Source: a virus (Duplodnaviria > Caudoviricetes). Taken from it: a stretch of 55,643 nucleotides of DNA. Location of the stretch: positions 1 through 55,643 of the IMG/VR virus record IMGVR_UViG_3300030372_005607; one strand, 5' to 3'. This document shows, in pieces, positions 32,818 through 42,045 of this stretch. The notes beneath the pieces were generated by a model. That model had not been told where the DNA came from, searched no databases, and saw only the letters and a program-made list of their open reading frames with translations. The position numbers and the translations under genes were made by a program. Numbering within the stretch: the first letter of the stretch is position 1; the number at the start of each line of letters is the position of its first letter.

Positions 32818-33231
32818 ATGCCTTTAATCTCATCTTCGTCACATACTCTTGATTCAAACATAACGATTGCCGGTAGGTTAAAACTTTTCGGCATTCAGTA
32901 TTCTATGATTGACCATTCCTACAACCCGAAAGGCGGTTTTAACGGCTACACCATGAGACTCGCCCTTCAGAATTTTAGAATAGTAATAAAAGACACCGAC
33001 ACTAACGGATCAGAAAGGCTTGCTTTTTTATTTGCTGGTGGAAGCAGTCACACTGGTGCAAACGCAAGTGGCACTGGAGTTTCACCTGCTAGTTTTATGT
33101 TTGGATCAAACTATATTCTTTTTGAAAACGGATTGTTTATACCTAAGTTAAGTGGAGACGGTGGTTTAGAAGATGCTACTGCTGGCCCGATCCCAGGAGA
33201 GGTAAGGGTTTCCCTTTTCTATGAAAAGTAA
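32818..33231 (+). CDS. Virion beta-sandwich paralog A5
   Basis: IAGRLKL...YILFENGLFI...VSLFY; ATG 32818. Confidence 0.78.
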   Translation: MPLISSSSHTLDSNITIAGRLKLFGIQYSMIDHSYNPKGGFNGYTMRLALQNFRIVIKDTDTNGSERLAFLFAGGSSHTGANASGTGVSPASFMFGSNYILFENGLFIPKLSGDGGLEDATAGPIPGEVRVSLFYEK

Positions 33232-33233
33232 AA

Positions 33234-33530
33234 ATGGAAAGCACAACTAACACTACGTTTTGGTCTGCAATATCTATAATTACTGCCGCTCTCGGCGGTA
33301 TTTTTTTTGTCTTAATTTCTCACGCTGAAAGTCCCAAGCATTCAGAGTCTGCTCATGAGGATGATGTAAGTCGCATAGAGGTTTATGTGGCTACGGTGGG
33401 GACTAAGGTTGACCATAACTCCAGGGTGTTAGCAGAGTTGAAGCTTGACCTAAAGGAACTTAGGGTTGAGCAAAATAACGCAAGCCAAAGAATTTTAGAG
33501 GCTATCGGAGGTAGAAGAGATGGCCGTTAA
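33234..33530 (+). CDS. Membrane protein with coiled coil
   Basis: N-terminal TM segment plus heptad C-terminus. Confidence 0.65.
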   Translation: MESTTNTTFWSAISIITAALGGIFFVLISHAESPKHSESAHEDDVSRIEVYVATVGTKVDHNSRVLAELKLDLKELRVEQNNASQRILEAIGGRRDGR

Positions 33531-34245
33531 TACCGTTACTAGTTTTAGCCCGGATGTCGGAGATGTCGTAGAGGAGGCATTTGAGCGTGCTGGCCTCGAA
33601 ATGGTTTCTGGCTATGACCTGAGAAGTGCTAGGCGAAGTCTAGATTTGATGTGCATAGAGTGGGCTAACAGGGGTATCAATCTGTGGACGGTCGAGGAGC
33701 TAAAATACACCCTAAACCCTGACGGAAGTGGCACTCAGACCTTGGTAAAGGGAACAGGTACTTATCAGCTTAGGGACAATACTGTTTCGGTACTTGAGGT
33801 TGTTCTGCGTACTGACGACGAAGACACATCCCTTCAGACCGATTATGAGCTAAATAGAATTTCTAGGGAAACCTATATGGGTATTCCCTCTAAGCTAACA
33901 GAGGGCAGGCCCACACAGGTTTACATTGATCGTCAGCAGGGCAAGGTTGAAGCAAAGGTCTGGCCGGTGCCTGATGAAAGCAGCAAGTATAAGATTATAT
34001 ACACGCGGGTTCGCAGAATGACTGATTCTGGACCGGGCGGAACTTACAATCCTGATGTTCCCGATAGGTTTTGGCCTGCTCTGGTTGCCGGACTTGCTTA
34101 CAACATTGCCTGCAAGCGGCCTGAGGCTGCTGCCAGAATAGAGATGCTGAAGGCTAACTACGAGCAACAGTTTACTTTGGCTGCAGAAGAAGATAGGGAA
34201 AAGGCTGCCGTTCGATTTTATCCCGGTGGCTATCAGTACTCATGA
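33520..34245 (+). CDS. Head-tail adaptor-like protein
   Basis: EEAFER.G...ARRSL...EWANRGINLW...GRP...WPVPD...AEEDRE. Confidence 0.75.
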   Translation: MAVNTVTSFSPDVGDVVEEAFERAGLEMVSGYDLRSARRSLDLMCIEWANRGINLWTVEELKYTLNPDGSGTQTLVKGTGTYQLRDNTVSVLEVVLRTDDEDTSLQTDYELNRISRETYMGIPSKLTEGRPTQVYIDRQQGKVEAKVWPVPDESSKYKIIYTRVRRMTDSGPGGTYNPDVPDRFWPALVAGLAYNIACKRPEAAARIEMLKANYEQQFTLAAEEDREKAAVRFYPGGYQYS

Positions 34246-34547
34246 CAGCGTATGCCACTGGCAGTAAGGCATTTGGCTTTTGTGATAGATGCAGCTTCAG
34301 GTACCCGCTGCGCGAACTAAAGCAAGAGGTTGTTAATTTAAACACAACCAACCTTTTGTTTTGCCCAGAGTGTTGGGACCCGGATCAACCGCAGAACCTT
34401 ATCGGAAGATTAAACGTCGATGATCCGCAGGCGTTAATGAACCCAAGGCCCCCTACGGGGCTTAGCAAGAGCAGGAGCTTGTCCGGATTTGATCCCGTTA
34501 GGGGTATGGAAATGGTTTCCTCAATCGGTCGGGCTCATTTAATTTAG
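34242..34547 (+). CDS. Zinc-finger protein of the tail module
   Basis: CDRC...CPECWDPDQPQ...DPQAL.NPRP. Confidence 0.8.
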   Translation: MTAYATGSKAFGFCDRCSFRYPLRELKQEVVNLNTTNLLFCPECWDPDQPQNLIGRLNVDDPQALMNPRPPTGLSKSRSLSGFDPVRGMEMVSSIGRAHLI

Positions 34548-34556
34548 GAGATTGAT

Positions 34557-34832
34557 ATGCCTAAGGTTGGTATGAAAAACTTTAGTTATGACCAAAAGGG
34601 TATGGACCAAGCAACCCAGGAAGCCCGTCGCACTGGTCTTCCCATTGAATACGAAGACCGCAATTACGCCCAGTACAATGCAGGTGGTCGCGTTATGTCG
34701 GGTCGTCGTCCCTATGCGAGTGCTAACGAAAATGTTAAAAAGCGCATGGCCGATGAAACTAAGCCTAAGGCTGCTAAGAAAAAGAAGCTTCCCGTTGGCG
34801 ATTTTCCCGAAAAGAAAACTCGCAAGGTTTAG
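34557..34832 (+). CDS. Small basic protein with YNAGGRV motif
   Basis: AGGAG RBS; MPKVG.K.F.Y N-terminus. Confidence 0.75.
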   Translation: MPKVGMKNFSYDQKGMDQATQEARRTGLPIEYEDRNYAQYNAGGRVMSGRRPYASANENVKKRMADETKPKAAKKKKLPVGDFPEKKTRKV

Positions 34833-34867
34833 TGGTTGTTTGCCTACATATACAGGGTTGAATAAAG

Positions 34868-35599
34868 ATGGCATTTACTTACAGCACTCTTAAATCTGCA
34901 ATTGATGAGTACACGCAGAATGCGGATAACTGGGGCTCAACTTCCCAGATAGATACCATCATTAAGCAAGCTGAAGAGCGCATCAACCTTGCGGTCCAGA
35001 TTGCTAACTACAATACCAAGACGCATACAGATGCTCACCAGTCTGCAAACATAGTTGCTGGCAACTCTTCTGTAGTTATTGCCGGGACTGGCCCGGGCAT
35101 TGCATCTAGCAACGTGACCTCGCCCCTGTCTCCTCTTTATTTCAAGATCAGGTCGGGTGACGGAACGGACTCAAACCCTTGGGTCTACTTGCTCTTAAAG
35201 GATTACAATTTCCTGCAGGAGTATTCGCCATACGATGCAAGTGCCAACAGGGCTCAGCCAAAATATTACAGCTTCTACAACGATGTTCGGTCAGATGGCA
35301 AGGCCACATTCTCTTTTGCTCCCATTGCCGATGGGACTTACGATTTTGAAATACTTTATTATTTCAAGCCGCCTTCGATTGTGACCGATACTTCAGGCAC
35401 ATGGTTAAGCACTCACGGATCTTCCGCTCTTCTCTATGGCTGCTTGGTAGAGGCATATATTTTCATGAAGGGAGAGGCTGACCTCATTCAGCTTTACGAC
35501 ACTAAGTTCAAGGAAGCCCTTCAGATTCTTGTGAATTCCCAAAGGGGCGAATTCAGAAATGCCACCTACAGGGAAGAAGCTTCTAGGGGTGCTGCATAA
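34868..35599 (+). CDS. Second adaptor/tail-tubular-like protein
   Basis: TYSTLKSAI..Y...IKQAEERI...PKYY...TWL....ALLYGCLVEAY.FMKG. Confidence 0.7.
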   Translation: MAFTYSTLKSAIDEYTQNADNWGSTSQIDTIIKQAEERINLAVQIANYNTKTHTDAHQSANIVAGNSSVVIAGTGPGIASSNVTSPLSPLYFKIRSGDGTDSNPWVYLLLKDYNFLQEYSPYDASANRAQPKYYSFYNDVRSDGKATFSFAPIADGTYDFEILYYFKPPSIVTDTSGTWLSTHGSSALLYGCLVEAYIFMKGEADLIQLYDTKFKEALQILVNSQRGEFRNATYREEASRGAA

Positions 35600-36027
35600 T
35601 GGGTATCATTGCCGGAATGACGGATTCCTTTAAAGAGCAACTCCTCAAGAAGGAGCATGATCTGGAGGACGATACTCTCAAGATTGCTCTTTACACAAAG
35701 GATGCGAGCATCGGCCCGAATACGACCATTTATACAACGAGTGGAGAAGTCTCTGGTACTAACTATACGGCTGGTGGAAACGTACTTTCCGGCAAAACAA
35801 TCACCGTATCCGGAGGTACTGTTTATGTTGATTTTAATGACTCGACTTGGTCGAGCGCGACCGTTTCCGATGTTTCTGGAGCCCTTATTTACAATTCAAC
35901 CGCAGGGCTCAAGTCTATTGCAGTTTTAGACTTTGGCGTCTTGGGGGGCATTTCGGTAAATGCCTCTGATTTTAAAGTCAAGTTTCCGTCCGCTACAGCG
36001 GATGACGCGATTATTAGGATTTCGTAA
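35599..36027 (+). CDS. Tail-associated protein
   Basis: SFKEQLL..H....KIALY...YTAGG...GALIYN...VLDFG. Confidence 0.7.
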   Translation: MGIIAGMTDSFKEQLLKKEHDLEDDTLKIALYTKDASIGPNTTIYTTSGEVSGTNYTAGGNVLSGKTITVSGGTVYVDFNDSTWSSATVSDVSGALIYNSTAGLKSIAVLDFGVLGGISVNASDFKVKFPSATADDAIIRIS

Positions 36028-37952
36028 TGGCCTCAACTTATAGCAGCAATATTTCTATTGAAATTATCGGATCTGGCGATCAGGCGGGAACCTGGGGCGA
36101 CACGACTAACGAAAATTGGAAGAGGATTGAGCAATCCGCAAGTACCTATTCCACGGTTAGCCTAAGCGGTAAATCTAGCCCTTATAATTGGTTGTTGTCA
36201 AATTCAACAAATGCTGGCGATCCGGGTTCTGAGGGAAGATCGGCTTTTGTAGAATTTACAAACGCAAGTGGCGACATGACCATCAACATCAGGGGTAATA
36301 CAGCTAGCGACTATCCCAATAGGGTGTTCTTCGCCTACAACAATTCCGGCAATGACCTTACATTTAATTGTAATTCATCAACTGACTTTATATTAAAGAA
36401 CGGCTTCTCTGCAGTTATATACACAGACCCCGGAACCAAGGTTGGCAATGCATTAAATTCTCTCCAGACCGAAAAAGTTGCTGCTAGTAGCCTTACCTCC
36501 GGCAGGGTTGTTATTGCTGGTTCCAATGGCCTTCTTGGCGATGACAGTGATCTTACGTTCTCAGGGGATACTCTCACTGCTACAAAAATCGGGGCATTTA
36601 CCGCTGCTGGTTCAATTAATTTTGACAACCAAGATATGACAAATGTCGATATCGATAGTGGAGCTATTGATGGTACGGACGTTACCGTTGGTACAGGTAA
36701 AACACTTAATGTCAGTGCAGGTACCCTGACTACATCTGCTACTCAGAAGAAAAGCATATTAGAGGGTGCTGGTTCTAATATCGACATTGGGAGCTATGAC
36801 CTCAGGGCTGGCACCATAACTCCAGACGGTTTAACCGCAACAAGAGTTGTTTTTGCCGGAACGGATGGCGTTCTTTCTGATGACTCCGATTTTACTTACA
36901 ACACTTCTACCAACACGCTTGATGTTGAAAATGTAACCGGACTAAAATCACTTACATCGGAGTCATCACAAAGCCTAGTTATGACTCTTAAAGCAGATTC
37001 TGCTGGTACCACTGTTGAGAAATACCTTACAAAAGAAATGGAAGTTGACGGTGAAACGAGAACTACTCTTTACGGCGGCCCGGCAGATCCCGACAATAAA
37101 AACAGCACTACCTATTATGGCTATGGCTTACACTCCGGCGGCGGCAATGTTCAAAGATATTTAAATTTTAGTGAAAATATTACAGTTTCTGGATACGGGT
37201 TTAGGGCTCGAACAAAATCCGCAGGCGCAGCATTAGAAACTAGAGAAACGTATTCTTCTTTCGGCGGGAATGCCGGGGTCGAATCTAATCAATTTCTTGA
37301 AATTGCCGAGGCAATAACAGACGCCTCTGCAACATCTATTAAAATTAAACCCATTGATACTAGCGAAGCTTATGATGTAGCTACATTTAATCGCCTTTCG
37401 CCCGGTCATGCGATAAGGGTAGGCAGTGAGTACATGCTTCTCGTCGCATGCACTCAGCCGGGAGCTTCTAATACTGATTCCGACACTTGGAAAGTTATTA
37501 GGGATATTAAAAATCAAAGCGCGGCTTCTACGCATAGTCTTGGGGCCAACATTACATCCGTTGAGCCTTGGTGGTCTAGCGTTCATGCGGGTTCGATGAG
37601 CCCGTTAGAGGGATCTTACGCTTTCAAGGTTGAAAGAGGATGGGGAACAACTGGCAGTTTTACGCACTCTTTAAAGAGTACCGTCAGGGACTGTATGGGC
37701 GACGCAACCGACAGGCAAGATGTAACCCCTTCTAGGATAAGTGTATTGCTTAGGTGCCATACTGCCAACGCAAATTACGCTGTAGGAGAAGTACTTAGCG
37801 TTAGTCCGGAGTATCTCCAGACTAGCGCAAACACTACAAGTATTTATTGGGTTGCTAACTCCGGTGGCGTTAAAGTTTTAGACAAGAGCACTCGCGCTCT
37901 GGCAACAGTTACTAATGCCAATTTTCATTTAGTCTTTGAGGCTTGGTCTTAA
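36027..37952 (+). CDS. Tail fibre
   Basis: MASTYS...G.Q.GTWG.TTN attachment motif; S/T/G-rich; internal repeat LTSGRVVIAG..G.L.DDSD / LTATRVVFAG..G.L.DDSD. Confidence 0.8.
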   Translation: MASTYSSNISIEIIGSGDQAGTWGDTTNENWKRIEQSASTYSTVSLSGKSSPYNWLLSNSTNAGDPGSEGRSAFVEFTNASGDMTINIRGNTASDYPNRVFFAYNNSGNDLTFNCNSSTDFILKNGFSAVIYTDPGTKVGNALNSLQTEKVAASSLTSGRVVIAGSNGLLGDDSDLTFSGDTLTATKIGAFTAAGSINFDNQDMTNVDIDSGAIDGTDVTVGTGKTLNVSAGTLTTSATQKKSILEGAGSNIDIGSYDLRAGTITPDGLTATRVVFAGTDGVLSDDSDFTYNTSTNTLDVENVTGLKSLTSESSQSLVMTLKADSAGTTVEKYLTKEMEVDGETRTTLYGGPADPDNKNSTTYYGYGLHSGGGNVQRYLNFSENITVSGYGFRARTKSAGAALETRETYSSFGGNAGVESNQFLEIAEAITDASATSIKIKPIDTSEAYDVATFNRLSPGHAIRVGSEYMLLVACTQPGASNTDSDTWKVIRDIKNQSAASTHSLGANITSVEPWWSSVHAGSMSPLEGSYAFKVERGWGTTGSFTHSLKSTVRDCMGDATDRQDVTPSRISVLLRCHTANANYAVGEVLSVSPEYLQTSANTTSIYWVANSGGVKVLDKSTRALATVTNANFHLVFEAWS

Positions 37953-40663
37953 TGCTGAAAAAGCTTTCCCTTGAGCCCGGAATGCAGCAAGAAGGAACAC
38001 AGTATTCTGCTGAAGGTTACTGGTTTGATTGCGACAAGATCAGATTTCGGCAAGGTCGTCCCGAAAAGATAGGTGGTTGGGTAAGGCCTAGTTCTAATAC
38101 TTTTATTGGAACCTCCAGAAAGCTTCACAACTGGTCCTCTATTAACAACGATGACTATTTGGGTATTGGTACTAATAAAAAGGCCTATATAGAGATTGGC
38201 GGGGTTTGTTACGACGTTACTCCGAACAGATATAAAAACACCGTAAGGCTTACAATGTCCACTGTTCCGGCAGACTGGGGAGCAAGCGGCGAGGCTGCAA
38301 CGGATGGGGCAACAACCATATATACCGATGGTTCCGTTACGGACGATTCATACCTTAGGGTAGACAACGAGTACATAAAGATTACCGGTTCAAGTGGTTC
38401 AAGCGCGCCTTACACGCTGACTGTAACAAGGGGCCATCTAGGCTCTACCGCCGCTTCCCACACGGCAGGGGCGGCAGTATTTGAAATACCTAAAGTTTCA
38501 AATCCAATAGGTATCGTTGGTGGCTCTAGTACCGTAATAATCAAAGACGAAGGCCACGGTGCCTTCCAGGGCGATTACGTTACGTTTTTGTCGATCAGTA
38601 CTGACCCCGATGACACTTCTGGTGTGGGTGGCATCACGAGATCTATTCTTATGCCCGGCTATTCGACTTCTGATTCTACTCAGGGTTGGGAAGTGACACG
38701 GGTTTTGAATTCGGATTACTATGAAATATCGGTTGGTACAAGCGGTACAGTAACTGGCACTACTACACTATCGGATTCTATAGACTCTTCCACTAGTACC
38801 GTTAAAGTTAGTGGCGAATACGCAAACCTTGCCGCCAATGACTTTGTAAAAATAGATAATGAATATATAAAATTAGTTACAAAAACAGGTTCTGACAATC
38901 AGTTTACATCTTGTCTTCGTGGTCAATTTGGTAGTTCTCCCGAAGCCCATAGCAGTGGCGCTGCGGTTCAGAAAGTCGGCTTAAGCTCATCTCCAAGTTT
39001 TCTGGGTGGAGATTGTTGGATGATTTATGACGTGCATGCGGCGGATAGCCAGTTTGCAGACGGTTCTGGATTTGGTTCAGGAAGGTGGGGCGGAAGGCCA
39101 GATGCTATTGCTTCCACAACATTAGACGTTTCGTCAGAGATTAGTGACTCAGCAACTGGTAATCAAGGTATTAATGGTTCAACTGGTTTTTCTTCATCTG
39201 GCACTGTCCTTATTAATTCTGAATTGATTTCTTACGTATCAATCAGCGCAAGTCAGATCAACCTATCTGCTAGGGGGGTCTTGGGTACTTCGGCATCCGC
39301 TCACGATGATGAATCTACCGTTTATGATGTGACCAGCTTTTGGACTTCCTGGGGCCAGGGTAATCAGTCTTCTGTGGATACATCTATTAGGACTTGGTCT
39401 TTAGATAATTACGGAGAGGACCTTATTCTGGCAGCCAGGGACGGTGCTCCTTATTATTGGAACAAGTCCGAAAAGTGCGATGGGTCTATACCTGCTGCTT
39501 TGGTCGGTACGACCGATGGCAAGTCTAACAACGGAACGCTAATTGGCGATGCAATACCCATGTCAAGCTTGGGTGTGTCTGATTCTATTATCAATCCACC
39601 TAATGCTGATATCGGTCAAGGTGCATGTCCTGAAAAGGTCCGCATCATGATGGTACACCCATCTAAGCCGATCATTGTTGCGTTTGGATGCACCGATACA
39701 TTTGGAACCTTTGACCCATTGTTGATCCGATGGTCCGATGCGGACAGGCCGGGCTCCTGGGATGTTGTCGGCGGAAACCAAGCTGGCGGTACTGCCCTCC
39801 AGACTGGCTCAGAGATAGTTAGTGCTGGTAGGTCCAAAAGAGAAATTCTCATCTGGACCGACGAGGCTCTTTACGCCATGAGATACGTTGGTGGGGAGCT
39901 TATTTTTTCTTTCTCTGAAATTGCTAGCGGCGTCAATATAGTTGCTCCCAATGCCTATGGTGTTGCTGGCGACAGGATCTTCTGGATGGGGGACAGAAAC
40001 TTTTACATGTACGATGGCAACGTGACAGTTTTGCCATGTTCCGTTTTGAATTATGTTTTTTCTAACTTTGATTACTCTAATAAACAAAAAGTTTTTTCTG
40101 CACGAAATAGCAGCTTTGGTGAGATTTCTTGGTTTTACCAGTCTTTGTCCGAAAGTTCATCCGATGTAGATAAGTATGTCACTTATAACTACATTGAAAA
40201 CTCATGGGCTTTTGGGAACATGAGTAGAACTTCTTGGAGTGATTCTGGAATACGTCAGTATCCTTATGCTTCCTACATCGATAACACTAACGAAAACAGG
40301 TCGTTTCTTTATCAACAGGAGAGAGGATCTGATGCTGATGGTTCTGCTCTAACTGCTTATGTCGAGTCTGGTTTTATAGATATCGATGACGGGGATAGCT
40401 TTTCTTTTGTATCAAGGGTTGTTCCCGACATTAGATTTTCTTCTGGTGGCAATATCGGTATGAACATACAGATAACTCCAAGAGATTTTCCCAACAGTTC
40501 GGACGGAACAACTTCGGACCTTGCTGTAACCTCATCTACTGGGCAGAAAAAAACTAGGGTTAGGGGTAGGCAGATAAAGGTTAGATTTGAGTCAACATCA
40601 GCGGGTGTTTCTTGGACTGTCGGCGATACTCGAATAGGCATACAGCCTGACGGGAGAAGGTAA
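37952..40663 (+). CDS. Tail nozzle/packaged-DNA stabilisation protein (P22 gp10-like) with inserted repeat domains
   Basis: WFDCDKIRFR.G.PEKIGGW, WSLDNYGEDL, DPLLIRWSD, RVRGRQ, C-terminal PDGRR. Confidence 0.8.
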   Translation: MLKKLSLEPGMQQEGTQYSAEGYWFDCDKIRFRQGRPEKIGGWVRPSSNTFIGTSRKLHNWSSINNDDYLGIGTNKKAYIEIGGVCYDVTPNRYKNTVRLTMSTVPADWGASGEAATDGATTIYTDGSVTDDSYLRVDNEYIKITGSSGSSAPYTLTVTRGHLGSTAASHTAGAAVFEIPKVSNPIGIVGGSSTVIIKDEGHGAFQGDYVTFLSISTDPDDTSGVGGITRSILMPGYSTSDSTQGWEVTRVLNSDYYEISVGTSGTVTGTTTLSDSIDSSTSTVKVSGEYANLAANDFVKIDNEYIKLVTKTGSDNQFTSCLRGQFGSSPEAHSSGAAVQKVGLSSSPSFLGGDCWMIYDVHAADSQFADGSGFGSGRWGGRPDAIASTTLDVSSEISDSATGNQGINGSTGFSSSGTVLINSELISYVSISASQINLSARGVLGTSASAHDDESTVYDVTSFWTSWGQGNQSSVDTSIRTWSLDNYGEDLILAARDGAPYYWNKSEKCDGSIPAALVGTTDGKSNNGTLIGDAIPMSSLGVSDSIINPPNADIGQGACPEKVRIMMVHPSKPIIVAFGCTDTFGTFDPLLIRWSDADRPGSWDVVGGNQAGGTALQTGSEIVSAGRSKREILIWTDEALYAMRYVGGELIFSFSEIASGVNIVAPNAYGVAGDRIFWMGDRNFYMYDGNVTVLPCSVLNYVFSNFDYSNKQKVFSARNSSFGEISWFYQSLSESSSDVDKYVTYNYIENSWAFGNMSRTSWSDSGIRQYPYASYIDNTNENRSFLYQQERGSDADGSALTAYVESGFIDIDDGDSFSFVSRVVPDIRFSSGGNIGMNIQITPRDFPNSSDGTTSDLAVTSSTGQKKTRVRGRQIKVRFESTSAGVSWTVGDTRIGIQPDGRR

Positions 40664-40845
40664 TGGCCGAGATTGGCAAGGGTTACATATTAAGCAAGCA
40701 AACCGGCGGTGATTTGTCTAGAACTATTTACGAACTTCAGCAAAAAATTAACGAGATTGAGCAGATGAAAGGCGATTTGTTTAGCCTTGGTGTTGCAAGA
40801 ATGATTTTTATGATGCCGTCTATAGGTGTCAAAACTACTTTCTAA
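40663..40845 (+). CDS. Small coiled-coil tail protein
   Basis: TAATG-coupled on both sides. Confidence 0.7.
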   Translation: MAEIGKGYILSKQTGGDLSRTIYELQQKINEIEQMKGDLFSLGVARMIFMMPSIGVKTTF

Positions 40846-41267
40846 TGTCTACGAGATACAAGGTCTTGGGTCAACTTGCTGGCTCTTACAGTAGTGCCCA
40901 GACTCTTTACACGGTTCCCACTTCCAGTCTTTTTAGGTACGGGGACAGGGCTTCAAACCTAAGGAAGGCGATTGTATCAAGCGTCATAGTTACAAATCTT
41001 AACCTTGACGATGCAATCAAATACAGCATGGCCGTTGTGCCAAGCGGCGAATCTGTTTCATCAGAACATTACATAGTGAAGGATTACCAGATAAACGCAG
41101 TTAGGGAGGATGGTGACTGGCTTAACTTTGTGCCTAACACTCATCTTGTTTCTTTAGATTTGACCCTTGACCCCGGGGCCTACATATCTTTTCAAGTAAC
41201 AGATCCCGCAGACGACACGAAGGCAGCCAGCGTTAAGTTCAATGCCTTCGGTGCGGAGATTTTTTAA
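40845..41267 (+). CDS. Virion paralog B1
   Basis: YKVLGQ...LYTVP...AIVSSVIVTN...LTLDPG...FNAFGAEI. Confidence 0.8.
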   Translation: MSTRYKVLGQLAGSYSSAQTLYTVPTSSLFRYGDRASNLRKAIVSSVIVTNLNLDDAIKYSMAVVPSGESVSSEHYIVKDYQINAVREDGDWLNFVPNTHLVSLDLTLDPGAYISFQVTDPADDTKAASVKFNAFGAEIF

Positions 41268-41644
41268 TGTCCGTTAACAGAAGGATTATTGCCCAGAAGT
41301 TGTTTATACCGGCAACCGATTCTAAAACCATTTACACGGTTCCTGAATCCACGGATTCCAAGTACGGAATGTCTAAGCATGCTGTTATAAGCAGCTTGGT
41401 TGCTTGCAACTTGACAGCCTCCCAGTCTCTTGTAGTGGCAATAAGGGTTGTTAAGAGTGGTAACCCCATACTGGACCCAAACAATATTATTTTGGGACAA
41501 AGGCCGCTGGCCCCAGACGAAACAATTGTTTTCCCGCTTTCTCTTACTTTAGAGTCTGGCGACAGTGTTTACGGCGTGACTACGCAAATCCTGGCTGGCA
41601 GTGGCCTTTTAAATATCGGTGTTTACGGCAGGGAGATTGACTAA
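41267..41644 (+). CDS. Virion paralog B2
   Basis: IYTVP...KYG...AVISSLVACN...LTLESGD...YGREI. Confidence 0.8.
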   Translation: MSVNRRIIAQKLFIPATDSKTIYTVPESTDSKYGMSKHAVISSLVACNLTASQSLVVAIRVVKSGNPILDPNNIILGQRPLAPDETIVFPLSLTLESGDSVYGVTTQILAGSGLLNIGVYGREID

Positions 41645-42045
41645 TGGCCGAAAGCTTTAAAATTCTTGGCCAAGTTTATTTGCAGGATGCATCAGGTGGT
41701 AGTGCTCCTGTATGGAAAGTTCTTTACGTTGTTCCAGAAAGGAGCGACGCTAAGTATGGGTCTGCTTCGGCTCAGGCTGTTATCTCATCAATAGTTATAT
41801 GCAATGAAGAAACTAGCGATACCAAATACAATATTGCGGTTGTCCCAAATGGCGAAGACGTTAATTCCAGTCCTAATTTCCACCATATTATTTTTAACGA
41901 AAAAGTTGTCGCTTCGGAATCTACACATGTCATATCCCTTGGCCTTGGCTTGCAAAGCGGAGACGCTATTTACGTCAAGCAATCGAAGGCAAACGACGGG
42001 AAAAAATTCAGTGTTAATGCATTCGGAATAGAGATGGTCTCATGA
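41644..42045 (+). CDS. Virion paralog B3
   Basis: FKILGQ...LYVVP...KYG...AVISSIVICN...LGLQSGD...NAFGIEM. Confidence 0.8.
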   Translation: MAESFKILGQVYLQDASGGSAPVWKVLYVVPERSDAKYGSASAQAVISSIVICNEETSDTKYNIAVVPNGEDVNSSPNFHHIIFNEKVVASESTHVISLGLGLQSGDAIYVKQSKANDGKKFSVNAFGIEMVS

